Positions 1-12,526 are shown, counted from the first letter of the whole stretch. The stretch: DNA of 63,986 bases, filler included, from Octopus bimaculoides (GCF_001194135.2; 6 parts of 6 records of this genome joined end to end with filler, not necessarily neighbours in it), one strand, 5' to 3'. The notes: generated by a model not told the origin, from the letters alone. Numbers and translations: made by a program.

Positions 1-57
<57 letters not shown>

Positions 58-66
58 CACAAACAC
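1..66. repeat. (CA)n microsatellite
   Basis: Near-pure AC dinucleotide run. Confidence 0.98.
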
Positions 67-167
67 ATGTACGTTGGAATAAACTTTTTGCATTTCCCTA
101 CAAATATAGGTGTCAATATCTATCCATAAATATATAATGACACACATACATACACGCACAAAAATAC

Positions 168-421
168 GCATAGGTCTGGCTGTGTGGTAAATAGCTTGCT
201 TACCAACCACAAGGTTCCGGGTTCAGTCCCACTGCGTGGCACATTGGGCAAGTATCTTATACTATAGTGTCGGGCTGACCAAAGCCTTGTGAGTGGATTT
301 GGTAGGCGGAAACTAAAAAAAGCCCGTCGTGTATATGTGCGTGTTTGTGTGTCTGTGTTTGTCACGAACCCCCTCAACATCGCTTGACATGCGATGCTGG
401 TGTGTTTTCGTCCCCGTCACT
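168..421 (+). mobile_element. tRNA-derived SINE, family A (3' truncated)
   Basis: Head GGCTGTGTGGTAA (A box) ... GGTTCAGTCCC (B box), then GTGGCACATTGGGCAAG CORE-like motif; same sequence recurs many times in the window. Confidence 0.85.
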
Positions 422-436
422 TTCTTACTGTAATGC

Positions 437-1450
437 ATACTAAGTTAAATTCCTACCGAGTTTACCTTTTTAGTAGGAGATTAGATCAAAACAGCATAAG
501 TAATAACATGCTCTATGAATTCGAAAATGTCACTTCAGCAACGGAAGTTACAAGAAATATTAGTTCTGCCTAGGGAAACGGGACTGTAATTATGCGGACA
601 TGCTAAATCTGACTAGTTTCTATCGAAAAAGTTTTCGCTCACTTGGGCGAACAAATTTTGTCAATATCGAGTTTTTGAAAACCGTAGTTGAGGAAAATTC
701 AGAGCAAACAGTACGAGATTTACAAAAGAGCCCAAGTCATAATCTGATTACAAAAAGAACTTCATAAACTACGAAATCCTTCTTCATTTTATTACTTCTC
801 AGATTACCCAGCAATTTGACCTCATCTCCTCATTGAATATTAGACTTGTTACCGTACTTTACTGGGTAAAATCATTTCTGGTGATGAATAGTGGGCTTTC
901 TTCCAGAATATCTAACCAAAACGACAATGGTTAACATCCACTCAAAAGGCAGAAACTATCCCCGAACTATTGCTACACCAGAAAATGTTATGCTTTATGT
1001 TTGGTGGGATATGAAGGCTGTCATCTATCCTGAAGTGTTTAGTGTTCTATCATGAAATATTAGACCAAACCAAGACGGTTAATGCGATCAAGAATTGCTG
1101 TCAATTGAAATCATTGCACAAAAAATGGCAGAAAAAGTGACCATCATTGGTCAGTTGCAAAGGGGTGTTGCGCTTACACGTACAAGTATGTCCAAGCCAT
1201 TGAAGACAAAGTATGTGCACCAAATCTACAAGTTTTGTCTCACCCCCTTACTCTGAAGACTTGCTCCAGCTGACCCTAGATTTTTCGGATCATTGCAGTA
1301 CTATTTGGAGGGGAAAATATGTATTAATTTTGAAGAGTTTAAAAATGATACTGAGTGTTCCTTTGATAAGAAAACTGAAGAATTTTACGTACGAATAATG
1401 AACAATTTGCCAACTTTTTAGGATTGTGTTATCAATAATGAGGAGGATAA
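437..1450 (+). mobile_element. Decayed mariner (DD34D-type) transposase relic
   Basis: Translated pieces MLYEF, IISGDE*W, MLYVWWDMKAVIY, PPYSEDL match mariner motifs MLYEF / GDEKW / VWWD / HPPYSPDLAPSD; many stops and frameshifts. Confidence 0.88.
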
Positions 1451-1489
1451 CCCTTTCTACTATAGGCACAAGACTCGAAAAAAACTTTT

Positions 1490-1602
1490 AAGGAAGTGGG
1501 TAAGTTGATTAAATCGACTTCAGTTCTCGACTGGTACTTATTTTATCGACTCCTCCGAAAGGATGAAAAGCAAAGTCAACCTCGGTGGAATTTTGAACTT
1601 AG
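1490..1602 (-). mobile_element. SINE family C fragment
   Basis: Reverse complement of GTTCAAATTCCGCCGAGGTCGACTTTGCCTTTCATCC...AAGTACCAG module seen at 16744. Confidence 0.75.
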
Positions 1603-2006
1603 AAAGGGAAGAGAGACAAAGTGTCGTGTATCAATTAAGTTCAAAGAAGCATGTTTCTCTCCCAACTTGAAATTAGATAAAACTTTAATTACAGATCAAT
1701 ATTAGTAATGTAATCGAAATGCAAGTCAAAGTTGAGAAAAAGCAAATTACGTATGTATGGAGATAAGAAACACAAATAATTTTTATCGTATTGAAATGAG
1801 TTGTCAGTTTGCATTTTATGATTTGCATTCACCCTTGTTAGACAAATGTCTTATTTTCTGCTCGTGTCCCTTCATACGTTAACTAAATAAAATTGTTGAG
1901 AGAACACAATAGAAAACAATTACACTGAAGTTTAATAAAATACTTTCATGTATTTACATTTTTGTTTCACTAAATCAGTGTAATCAGTTTCATTGGTATA
2001 TTTCAG

Positions 2007-2138
2007 GTTTTATTGTCTCTTATTGCAAGAGAAGGAAGAATGACCTACTGGGCTGTAAAGACAACTGAATCGCTAAGTTCAATGATCGCCTCTAGTTTCC
2101 ATCAAGCCTCATTTGGAAAAGTACCCGAGTTTCAATAA
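2007..2138 (+). CDS. Weak candidate terminal coding exon, unknown product
   Basis: TTTCAG acceptor followed by 43 open codons VLLSLIAREGRMTYWAVKTTESLSSMIASSFHQASFGKVPEFQ*; GC higher than flanks; no recognisable homology. Confidence 0.2.
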   Translation, partial: VLLSLIAREGRMTYWAVKTTESLSSMIASSFHQASFGKVPEFQ

Positions 2139-3450
2139 AAGTGTGTTGATGGGTTTATATCTGCTGATGTGTAAAACACCCCGTATCACAAAGTTAAAGT
2201 CAGTGAAACATATATGTTTACTTTTGATACAATAGTGATGCATTTAGTTAACTTAAAGAAACAACCTTTTCAAACGTGTCAGATAAGCTATATACATCAG
2301 ATAAGACGTAGCCAAATGCTTGTTACAGTATTTTTTGTAGTTTTGAAAAAGAAGGTAAAAGTAATTATTAATAAATAAGTAGAAATAATATTGAAACGAA
2401 ATGAGAAAGTGTTTAAATACAAATAACGTGAATAATTCTAATTAAAAATGAACTTCACTGGACTGTATTTGGTGTTCAAGAAATGACAAATCTTTTGTAA
2501 TTTGTTTACATCAATTTTACTGAATGTACACTAAGATAAGAGGAATATCCGCAGGAAAATGTACGATAGATAAATAATGTTTAAAGTCTACATGACAGAT
2601 GTTGTTACTCTACTTTTTATGTTAGAGTAGAAACAAATCATTTATAAATTGGAATAATTTCCATATGAATTATTAATTAAAGAAGAAATGCTGCAGTACA
2701 AATTAATTACATCTCAACAAAACACGGTACTGACGTCTACACATTCCATTTGCGATTTTCCAGTTCGATCCATGTGCAATTTCATCGTTTGTCTCCTGTT
2801 ATTATGTAGCATATATGCTACGGAATAACAGTTGAAGCACATTCAAATTCTCTTTTTAAATTAATCGTATATAGTTCAAACTAATAAAATATTTGTTTAT
2901 CATTCTGTGTATATCAAATATTCCATTTCGAGTTTTAGTTATTAAACAAAATTCTAGAAATCTAGAAATCTTTTCTATATATAAATATTTTCATAGCAAA
3001 AACGTCTGCAATATCGAATAAAATATTTCCAGCTTCCTGCCAGTTTTCTTAAAAATAACGCAACTGATCATCACCTTATTATTATTAATATCCATGGAAA
3101 AAGTAGTTTTCTTGAGCCGACGAAAGATGAGGATTTTCTGTAAAAGATATTAGCAATAAAGTTTTCTTCGGTAATATGGTACCTCAATTATAAGTAAAAT
3201 ATATTTAATAGGTACATATGCACCATAATATAAAGTTTAAATATTCCATGACCATTGAATTGATGTTGATATAGTATGAATTCATACTAAGTGCTATTAA
3301 ACCGAAAAATATATTTTGTAATAATAATTATTAGGTCTTTATCCGTTGCTACACTGCTAGTAAATATATTTGTTAATCAAACATACTTTTTTAATAGAAG
3401 ACTGTTATAGAGTGAAAGTCATTTTAGTTGCTATGGAGACAACACTGACT

Positions 3451-3451
3451 G

Positions 3452-3505
<54 letters not shown>

Positions 3506-3543
3506 ACACGCACTCTCTTCACACACACACCCTTCCTCCTGCC

Positions 3544-3578
<35 letters not shown>

Positions 3579-3590
3579 TCTCTCTCACAC
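3451..3590. repeat. Compound (TATC)n/(CA)n/(CT)n microsatellite
   Basis: Direct. Confidence 0.95.
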
Positions 3591-4994
3591 ATATTTCTTT
3601 CTCATCAGCTACAAAGTTTTCTTCCCTTTCTTCAAAAATACATTGTGACGTATATTTTGATCACTCGCCTTCTTTCTCTCCAGCTAAGAGATGTTGTGAC
3701 GGACAGACAGATAGATTATATAAAATTACATTCGCAGCACTATAAAATGTAGAGAATCTATAAAGTTCCTGGCAAAATGAATTCAGTTTTAAATACATCT
3801 CATAGTTCTGAGGCTGTGATTTCTAATATCAGAGCGCTGGACTTCGCAATTTCTCTTGTCTAGGAGGATCACATAAATAGATTGCTAGTTTGCTAATGGG
3901 GGCAATTTTATGTTTCACTATTTGTCTCTGTGATCCAATTTTAATTCAAATATACAGACTTGTCGTATAATGTCAACCTAATTAGGACTGATGATTGCTA
4001 AAATGTTTACGTGTGAGCAGCATACTTAGGTACAAGTTTATAACACAAGTAGAAATTTAGTCAGTCAGATAGATGAATGCTTATCTTTAAAGTCGAAGGA
4101 GTTTCCACCACTTACTGAAAACTTTTAAATACTATAAATCTATAACTTGTAAATTTGCAAATATCTATATATTATATATATTATGTATGTATTTTTTATA
4201 TCTGCATGCATGTTAGCAACTTCGTCATTTCTTTGAAAAGAAGGAGACTTGATGTTCAGCAGTTGTCTGTGTAATGAATCTGATGAAAAGCTCGTCTCTG
4301 TAATATGTATATATCAGAATTATCAACGGTAATTTGTATGTTCTAGCACTGCTTGAAATACATTTGCTTTTAAAGTGACAAAATCCGTTGACAAGATGGC
4401 ATTCGATTTATTAATTTAAGAACTGTTCCATGGCTTATATAACTGCTATAACTGACAAGCTTATTGACCATTGCTGTTGCATCTCAACTGGTTTAGTTTG
4501 AGATTTGCTTGTGTGCGTCATTGATTCTTGGATGGAGATGTACTTCGAAATGTCAAAGTTGTGGCATTCACTCGATTTCAGAACCCTAAAATTCCATATA
4601 TTATTTTACTCATAATAAACACACGCAATGCAAACGCTTACACACAGGTATAGTCACAAGAATGCACACTTCTACACAATAACACACACCATACGTTTGT
4701 GTGCATGTGTGTGTCAGTATGTATAAATGTGTATGTAAGATTGAAACATCCATTACACCAGCAAATATATTTGTATCAATGTCTGACATGCCTTTTTCCC
4801 ATTTTCAAAATGTATATGGAACTAATATATATTTAGATTGCAAGTTGAAGTTATGTTTCAAATCGATGAGATGCACATTCACATATTTACTCAATATATA
4901 AGCATGGGTATCTCTCTGATATGCCGCTCTTAAAAGCATTCGTACATACGGTTTATATGTGTCTCTTTCTCACTTTATTTTCACTCTTTCTGTA

Positions 4995-4996
4995 AC

Positions 4997-5087
<91 letters not shown>
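4995..5087. repeat. (GT)n(GA)n microsatellite
   Basis: Direct. Confidence 0.97.
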
Positions 5088-5088
<1 letters not shown>

Positions 5089-5624
5089 CGCGTGAGAGCC
5101 TCTGTATATGTGAGAAAAGGAAAAAAGAGTCCGTACTCGGAAATGAGTTGTCTTCATAGGTTTTATATATGCACACACACAAATATATTAAGATATATAC
5201 ACTACATAGGCAGCTACATCGCTACAAATAGAAATCAAAAATACTTCTGTACCACAGAATAGTCACAAATCTACTCCATGCATGGTAGGAAAAATTCCAG
5301 TGAACATTAAAAACGTCTTATCTCTGCTAGGTCGGCACAATTAATACTGGTCAGTTTCGTACAGGTTTCGAAATTAGAACCAAATAGGTGCCTGTTTCTC
5401 TTTAGCCAAAATCTGCCAGCTAACTACTACTAAAATTTTCGTCCTCCATGCCCTCGGAAGTTCTTTTCAAGGGACCAAACACTATTTAGACAAACGAAAT
5501 GCGTGAAATTATTTATAAATAAATATAGGAAAGGATTGTATCATTAAAATAACATCTCGAGTGGCAATCGAATTGTCAGCCGAACGAGTAAATTAATAAA
5601 ATATATGCATATAGGGGAAGAACT

Positions 5625-5790
5625 CACAAAAAAACCCCACAAAAGACGAAGATAAGTGGTGTTTACAACAAATAGATGTATTAGTATAACACTCGAGAAG
5701 TGAAAAAGTCTTTAACGTTTCGAGCCTACGCTCTTCCACAGAAAGGAACACAGAAAGAAACAAGGAGAGAAAAAAAAAAGGAGAGAAAAA
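5625..5790 (-). mobile_element. Penelope-like terminal repeat fragment with decayed minimal hammerhead
   Basis: Minus strand CTGTGGA-A-GAGC-GTAG-GCTC-GAAACGTT; homologous to 11940-12190. Confidence 0.6.
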
Positions 5791-5932
5791 TAGGACAGAA
5801 AAAAGGAGAGAAAAAAAGGAGAGAAAAAAGGAGAGAAACATATATATATACTCTTCCTCAAGACACATACGCACACATGCGTGCGCACGCACACACACAT
5901 ATATATACATATGTCTATATGTCTATTTCTCT

Positions 5933-6003
<71 letters not shown>

Positions 6004-6308
6004 TATATGCTAACTTAATAGGGCCCTATTGGGCCTTGGGCGCAAGAATGACACAACATGCATTCAGTATATATTACATTTTATTAAACTTGACCAATAT
6101 TTTTCAAGCAATGAACAAATCTCATCAAAATAATGATATGATTTCTCGACATAGACCTTATTGCAAAGCTGCAAGGTAAACAACATTCTTTGTCTTCCCA
6201 TTCGGGGGTCAGTACAATTTTTTCTGTCTAAACTCTTTCTTTCTTTTTTGTTTGTTTGTTTGTTTGTTTGATTGCTTGTTTGTTTGTTTGTTTCTTTCTT
6301 TCTTTCTT

Positions 6309-6350
<42 letters not shown>

Positions 6351-6369
6351 AATTGTTTCCAACTTTAAC

Positions 6370-6680
6370 CATCACCAGTACCACCACCATCGCCGCCACA
6401 ACTGCCATTCAGACTTCTAAGGCGACACCATTCAGATTTCTGATGCCACCACCATCAATACCTTTCACTTGACCGCATTGCCCTCCACCACCATCACCAC
6501 AGTCTTTCACATCACTTACTATCACCATTGTCCCTGACTGCTTCAGCTGCCACCACCATCACCACTACCACTATCATCATCGTCGTCTCAGCCTCTATCG
6601 CAACTACAGCTCATACTATTACTATCACCCCATTACCATCACAACCGTCAATCTACTACCTTCTCTATGACTACTGTTAC
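6370..6680. repeat. Degenerate (CAC/CAT/ACT) trinucleotide low-complexity tract
   Basis: Cryptically simple sequence. Confidence 0.8.
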
Positions 6681-7423
6681 TCTCAGCCAAACAGGAGCAA
6701 TGGTAGGAGTGTCAATGAATAGTGAGAGATGAGGTCTAAGTGTGACACACTGATACACAGGAATTAGTTTTCGCATTAATTATATGAGATGTTTAATTTT
6801 GGGGAATCTTTATTTCAGTTAAAAGGTATTTTATATATATATATATNNNNNNNNNNNNNNNNNNNNNNNNNNNNNNNNNNNNNNNNNNNNNNNNNNNNNN
6901 NNNNNNNNNNNNNNNNNNNNNNNNNNNNNNNNNNNNNNNNNNNNNNNNNNNNNNNNNNNNNNNNNNNNNNNNNNNNNNNNNNNNNNNNNNNNNNNNNNNN
7001 NNNNNNNNNNNNNNNNNNNNNNNNNNNNNNNNNNNNNNNNNNNNNNNNNNNNNNNNNNNNNNNNNNNNNNNNNNNNNNNNNNNNNNNNNNNNNNNNNNNN
7101 NNNNNNNNNNNNNNNNNNNNNNNNNNNNNNNNNNNNNNNNNNNNNNNNNNNNNNNNNNNNNNNNNNNNNNNNNNNNNNNNNNNNNNNNNNNNNNNNNNNN
7201 NNNNNNNNNNNNNNNNNNNNNNNNNNNNNNNNNNNNNNNNNNNNNNNNNNNNNNNNNNNNNNNNNNNNNNNNNNNNNNNNNNNNNNNNNNNNNNNNNNNN
7301 NNNNNNNNNNNNNNNNNNNNNNNNNNNNNNNNNNNNNNNNNNNNNNNNNNNNNNNNNNNNNNNNNNNNNNNNNNNNNNNNNNNNNNNNNNNNNNNNNNNN
7401 NNNNNNNNNNNNNNNNNNNNNNN

Positions 7424-7468
<45 letters not shown>

Positions 7469-7624
7469 CAGCTACATACACACGCATGCATGTGTGTTTT
7501 GTCTGTGCTACTTACGTATTTTATATTATGTCCTCCCAAAAATACTGAGTAATAAAGACCCTGTTTATTAAAAAAAGTTTTAGTTTAAACATTTAATAAA
7601 ATTCATAGTTAGAACGGAGTTTTT

Positions 7625-7975
7625 TTTTTTATGAATGCCTGTTTTGAAACTGATAACAATTCTGGTCCCACTACTGTTATCAGGAGCGACGCAATGGAAT
7701 CGTAAATATCATCAAATATTCCCGTTTGTATTTGTGCAGTTTTGAACGATAAGAATTATCATTGAAGTATACCGTAAAAATAAGCCTCGTCTTTCGAACG
7801 CGGAGAATATCCTACACAATCTCTTTGTCCAATCCTCTTCACTGCAAAATCTCTTCTATGTAGGTCCTTATGGTAGTGTGTAGATGCCCCATCTTAAACT
7901 CTGCAGCTGCACAATCTTCTTGAATACTTAGTATGGCAGAGGATCGCAGCAAATCCAAATAAGTACGACCTGCTA
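7625..7975 (-). mobile_element. Possible highly decayed non-LTR reverse transcriptase fragment
   Basis: Minus frame of about 115 codons with 2 stops, EFK...YIEEIL.RGL...I..GIFD spacing resembles RT motifs 3-4. Confidence 0.3.
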
Positions 7976-7989
7976 TTGCCTTCTAAATA

Positions 7990-9522
7990 TAAATGTCCAT
8001 TCAACCTTAAACTTCAGCACCTCTCCCATCTGAGCTCCGATGAAGATGCCCTCCTTGAGCTTAGCAGAACTCAGAGCTGGGAACATTGTGCACAAGTTTT
8101 GGAAGGTAGCGCCATTTGTGTCCATGCCTTCACGAAATTCTTCATTAAACTAAGCTTGATATTAAAAGGAGGAAGAATCACCTTGTTCATGTCACCAGAG
8201 GATTTTTTGGACACTGTGTTCATCAGGTACGAAAGTGCTCCTAGATCCCCAGTCCTTCTGCTTGTTGTGCTGGGACACAGCCCGACTGTCCCAGAGACAG
8301 AGAAAACAACGCTAATTTCTGAAATCTGTTTGCATATCCATAAGGAGCCTAATGACCTTGCGGCCCACGCAGAGACTCCACTGGTAGTGTTTGTACTTGA
8401 CAGCCCCCAAAGGGTGCTCCGTATTGTCACGATTCCTGCAGATGGACTGAGTAGGCAATGGGAATGCTGGGATATTTATTCCCATTCTGCATATGCACAG
8501 TCTTCAGACATCGCTTAGAAGGGTCTATGAAAACACGCCAGTCTGAGGGATTGTGGGAAACCAAGGAAGGTGAACAAGCCAGAGACATTTGTGCAGTAGC
8601 ACAACCTGTTTTCCACATCAAAAAACGAAGCAAAGCATTGGATCAGTGTCCTGGAACTGGTGATACATCTGCCTTGACCAGGTTCCACTGCCTTAAGCCA
8701 GGATGCCAGGAGCTCTGACTGCTGCTTAGATATATACAAATCAAGGGTAAGGTTATTCAGATCTTTCTCCGTGATCCAGTTGAGCTCATTGCCACTTGAT
8801 CCTGAATAAACCGAGGCATTGCCTTCACATGAGAGCGACTTGGCAGAATTTCCCCAGAAGGCATTTCTTCATCTGATGCAGGAAGAAGATCCTTATCTGC
8901 TGGGAGTGTAAGGACAGAGAGATCATCTGAATGAGGAACAGGTCTTATAGCTGAGAGAAGGCAGGGGTATTTGATCTTTCTTTTAGAAGAAACATTGAAA
9001 CTCGTTGTATTTGTTTGACACAAATAGCAATCATCTGCATTTTTTCGTGGCTCTCTCCAGACTATCGAACAGCAAAGTTGAAGGCTACCTTCTTGCCGTT
9101 AAACCATGCAGTTGGTTCATTGTAGCAGGGTTTACAACAGATGAGTGGCGACCAAGAATTTTTCTGATCGCAAAGTTTATCATCAAAATAATGAAACTAA
9201 GCAGTTCTGAGGAGAGAAGTAATTGCTCGGTGCTGTACAACTATCGAGACCCCCCACCCAAGTAGCAGAATGAATTTGTCTTTTTGATGCATCCTCAGTG
9301 GTATGAAGTGCCTGAATCCATTGTATAGATATGTATCATGGAAAACAAAGTAAAAATTGATCATATATATATGGTAACGTGAAATGTCGTAAAATCATGA
9401 TAACGTATATCTCAAAAACTAGAGGTGATGAGTGAAAACTGGTTTTGTATCTAAAATCATCATCCCAACTTTAGGCTGGAACAACTATTTTTATGTTGCC
9501 TTAATTTCTCTGTGAACCGGTG
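7990..9522 (-). mobile_element. Chapaev3-like (CMC superfamily) DNA transposon, 3' truncated, transposase pseudogene
   Basis: Minus strand reads GCIKKTNSFCYLG / DQKNSWSPLICCKPC..W / WREP..ADDCYLC / KIKYPCLLSAIRPVPHSDDL / FPALSSAKLKEGIFIG; terminus CACCGGTTCACAGAGAAATTAAGG at 9522. Confidence 0.78.
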
Positions 9523-9524
9523 CT

Positions 9525-9787
9525 GTTATTATTATTATTATTATTTTATGTTTGACTTTTGTTTTGCATTTGTACAAGTTGGATCCAAGTCTCACCCAGA
9601 GACCTCAAGAGACAACAAGTTAGAAGTTCATGTAGGTGTTATGCCTAGGGTACCATATATTTGGATTTGTACAGTTTTGTTCAAGTGAATGTTTAAGAAA
9701 CCATAAGAAAATTATGTTTGCTTTAAAATTTGAGATCACATAGACAGTATTTTACGTAGGATATGGGCAGTTCCCATGAGCACTATC
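9525..9787 (-). mobile_element. R4/Dong-like REL LINE 3' end with (TAA)n tail
   Basis: Minus strand IVLMGTAHILRKILSM* then 3' UTR and (AAT)n. Confidence 0.8.
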
Positions 9788-9887
9788 NNNNNNNNNNNNN
9801 NNNNNNNNNNNNNNNNNNNNNNNNNNNNNNNTTAATTAATTAANNNNNNNNNNNNNNNNNNNNNNNNNNNNNNNNNNNNNNNNNNNN
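9788..9887. other. Artificial 100-bp scaffold join (N44-TTAATTAATTAA-N44)
   Basis: Identical geometry at five sites; 12-mer gives stops in all six frames. Confidence 0.95.
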
Positions 9888-10479
9888 ATATATATATATA
9901 TATAAGAGAATAAAATAGTTCTTGGTACAGTATAATATATTTGAAAAAATGAGTACCCACAGAGACATGTTGTATGTATGTGAATATTCGTGTGTGTGGA
10001 TGTATGTGCGAATGTATTTATATATATATGTGTGTACGTAGATGCAAGTGTGTAAGAATGTGTGCGGCTGTGTTCTTTTTGTGTGTGGATGTATGTATAC
10101 ACGCGTGTGTAGATGTGTGGATGTATGCATATGTATGCGCATGCAGATGTATGTATCTATGTGTATATGTGTGTGTATCTGACTAAATAAGGGCAAACCA
10201 TACCAACTGTTGAACAATGACTAAAATGACCTCAAATCAAGATTCTCAAAGGTCATCTTTTGACAAGAACTCAACATTTTTGACCACTCCTAAAAATATT
10301 CCATTTCTTTATTCCTGATAAATCTCTTCTCACTAACATTTTTTGTCTTCTTACCTTCCCCCTTTTACTTTTTCTTTTTCCTTTTCTCTTTTTTCTTCTT
10401 TCTTCTTTTTCACACATGCTGTTGTACTTACTTTTTGTATTCTTTTATTATTTTTTATATTTGTTTTATACTTTTTTTC

Positions 10480-10640
10480 TATCTTTTTTCTATTTCTATT
10501 TGTATACTTGTAAGAATAAATTTTTGGCTATATAAACAACCTTCTAAGTCGCAGAATTTCAGTTTGAAAACGGCTATCTAAAAGCTCAAAACTCGTTAGA
10601 TTAACTGTAAACATCATTAAAATAAAAATTATCCTCTCAA
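10480..10640 (+). mobile_element. Possible decayed Penelope-like terminal repeat
   Basis: TTGAAAA-CGGCT-ATCTAAA-AGCT-CAAAACTCGT resembles a mutated CTGAAGA-stem-GAAAC motif after a T-rich tract. Confidence 0.3.
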
Positions 10641-11018
10641 AAGCCATCTCTACTCATTTTTCAAATATATATATTTAAACATATGTACATATATATATAT
10701 ATATAAGGTTGAGGAGGGTATTGGATTTAACCAAACCCCGGAGGATACAGGTAATACCGAGTAAGTGCTGTATACCGATTAGTTTGCTCCAATCGTTGTA
10801 TGAACAGGATTATATATATATATANNNNNNNNNNNNNNNNNNNNNNNNNNNNNNNNNNNNNNNNNNNNNNNNNNNNNNNNNNNNNNNNNNNNNNNNNNNN
10901 NNNNNNNNNNNNNNNNNNNNNNNNNNNNNNNNNNNNNNNNNNNNNNNNNNNNNNNNNNNNNNNNNNNNNNNNNNNNNNNNNNNNNNNNNNNNNNNNNNNN
11001 NTATATATATATATATAT

Positions 11019-11253
11019 GTTGGCACTCCGTCGCTTACGACGTCGAGGGTTCCAGTTGATCCGATCAACGGAACAGCCTGCTCGTGAAATTAACGTGCAA
11101 GTGGTTGAGCACTCCAAAGGCACGTGTACCCTTAACGTAGTTGTAGGGGATATTCAGCGTGACACAGTGTGACAAGGCTGACCCTTTGAATTACAGGCAC
11201 AACAGAAACAGGAAGTAAGAGTGAGAGAAAGTTGTGGTAGAAGAGTACAACAG
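11019..11253 (-). mobile_element. SINE family B, 3' half
   Basis: GTTGGCACTCCGTCGCTTACGACGTCGAGGGTTCCAG module shared with 14754, 26166, 50850. Confidence 0.9.
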
Positions 11254-11767
11254 TCGATAGTCTAGGCTCAGTAGAGTGCAGGGAGCCCAAGCAACCGAGG
11301 GCACCCTCGATTCAGCAAGGAATGTTGCATTCTATCAAACTCAGAATTGAAATTTGAACCAATGCTAACGGATCAACAAAGCTTAAGGAATGAGGTGGGA
11401 GATTTTGTTTGTTTAGTGTTAGACAAAGAGTAGAGGAAACAGGAGTGGGAGTTCGTAGGTTTACAGTGGGCAGAGGTTGATATCGCTGATAGTGGTGGAG
11501 ACGTTGAGAAAACTAATAGTAGTGTCGGAGAGAGTAGAGGCAGATGTCCTGTCTATCTAATTTTACTCAAGGTTATTGAAAGTATTTGTCTAAGATGACG
11601 CGCAGTGGGACTCGACTCGGGTTTTCGACATGTCTTTGAGATCTTTATTCTAAGTGGTCCGGTATAGTTTCTTTTGAAATTGTCACCCCAGAATATAATA
11701 AGTGTCAGCGTGCGTGCGCGTCGGCCTGCCTGTTTGTATGTATATATGTATACATACACACACACAC

Positions 11768-11800
<33 letters not shown>

Positions 11801-11822
11801 TGTATGTATGTATGTATGTATG

Positions 11823-11906
<84 letters not shown>

Positions 11907-11939
11907 CATACATATATATATATATATACATACACACTT

Positions 11940-12190
11940 TATTATCTCCCCTTCTTCCTACCTCTCCTGTCTGACCACCTCTGTCCGGCATTCGCCATGA
12001 TTGATCGCTAGCCACTAAACCTTTTTTAAAAATGTTCTCTCTGTTTATTTCTGTGTTTCTTTCTGTTAAAGAGCGTAGGCTCGAAACGTAAAAGACTTTC
12101 TCACTTACCAAGCGTTAAACTAATACATCTGTTTGTTGTTTACACACCCGTCTTCGTCTTTTGTTTTGTTAATTTTTATGTAAATTCCAA
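11940..12190 (+). mobile_element. Penelope-like terminal repeat fragment with decayed minimal hammerhead
   Basis: CTGTTAA-A-GAGC-GTAG-GCTC-GAAACGT; homologous to 5625-5790. Confidence 0.6.
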
Positions 12191-12490
12191 ATATATATAT
12201 GTATGTATATATGAATATATATGTGTATATATATGTATGTATATACGTATCTATCTATCTATCTATTTATCTATCAATCTATCTGTTAATATAAACGAGG
12301 CTCTTTCCCCTCCATATTTTAAAGAGGTTTCAGGCCAGCAGTGTTTGGGGTCCGAAGATACGCCGTAAGGCTAAACCCCTTATGAATGAGAAACCCAGGG
12401 TAACCCCATAAACCGGCCTATCCCACTATAATATTAACTGCTCTACACGTTAGAGAGTACTTCTCCTCCGTATTTATGTATTTCTAGAAA

Positions 12491-12526
<36 letters not shown>

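Noticed and set aside
3272-3289. Perfect 18-bp palindrome TAGTATGAATTCATACTA
   Set aside because: Plausible by chance in 64 kb of AT-rich DNA.
7976-8518. 180-aa plus-strand ORF
   Set aside because: Antisense shadow of the Chapaev3-like transposase.
9832-9843. TTAATTAATTAA as a biological motif
   Set aside because: Always centred in exactly 44+44 Ns; assembly spacer.
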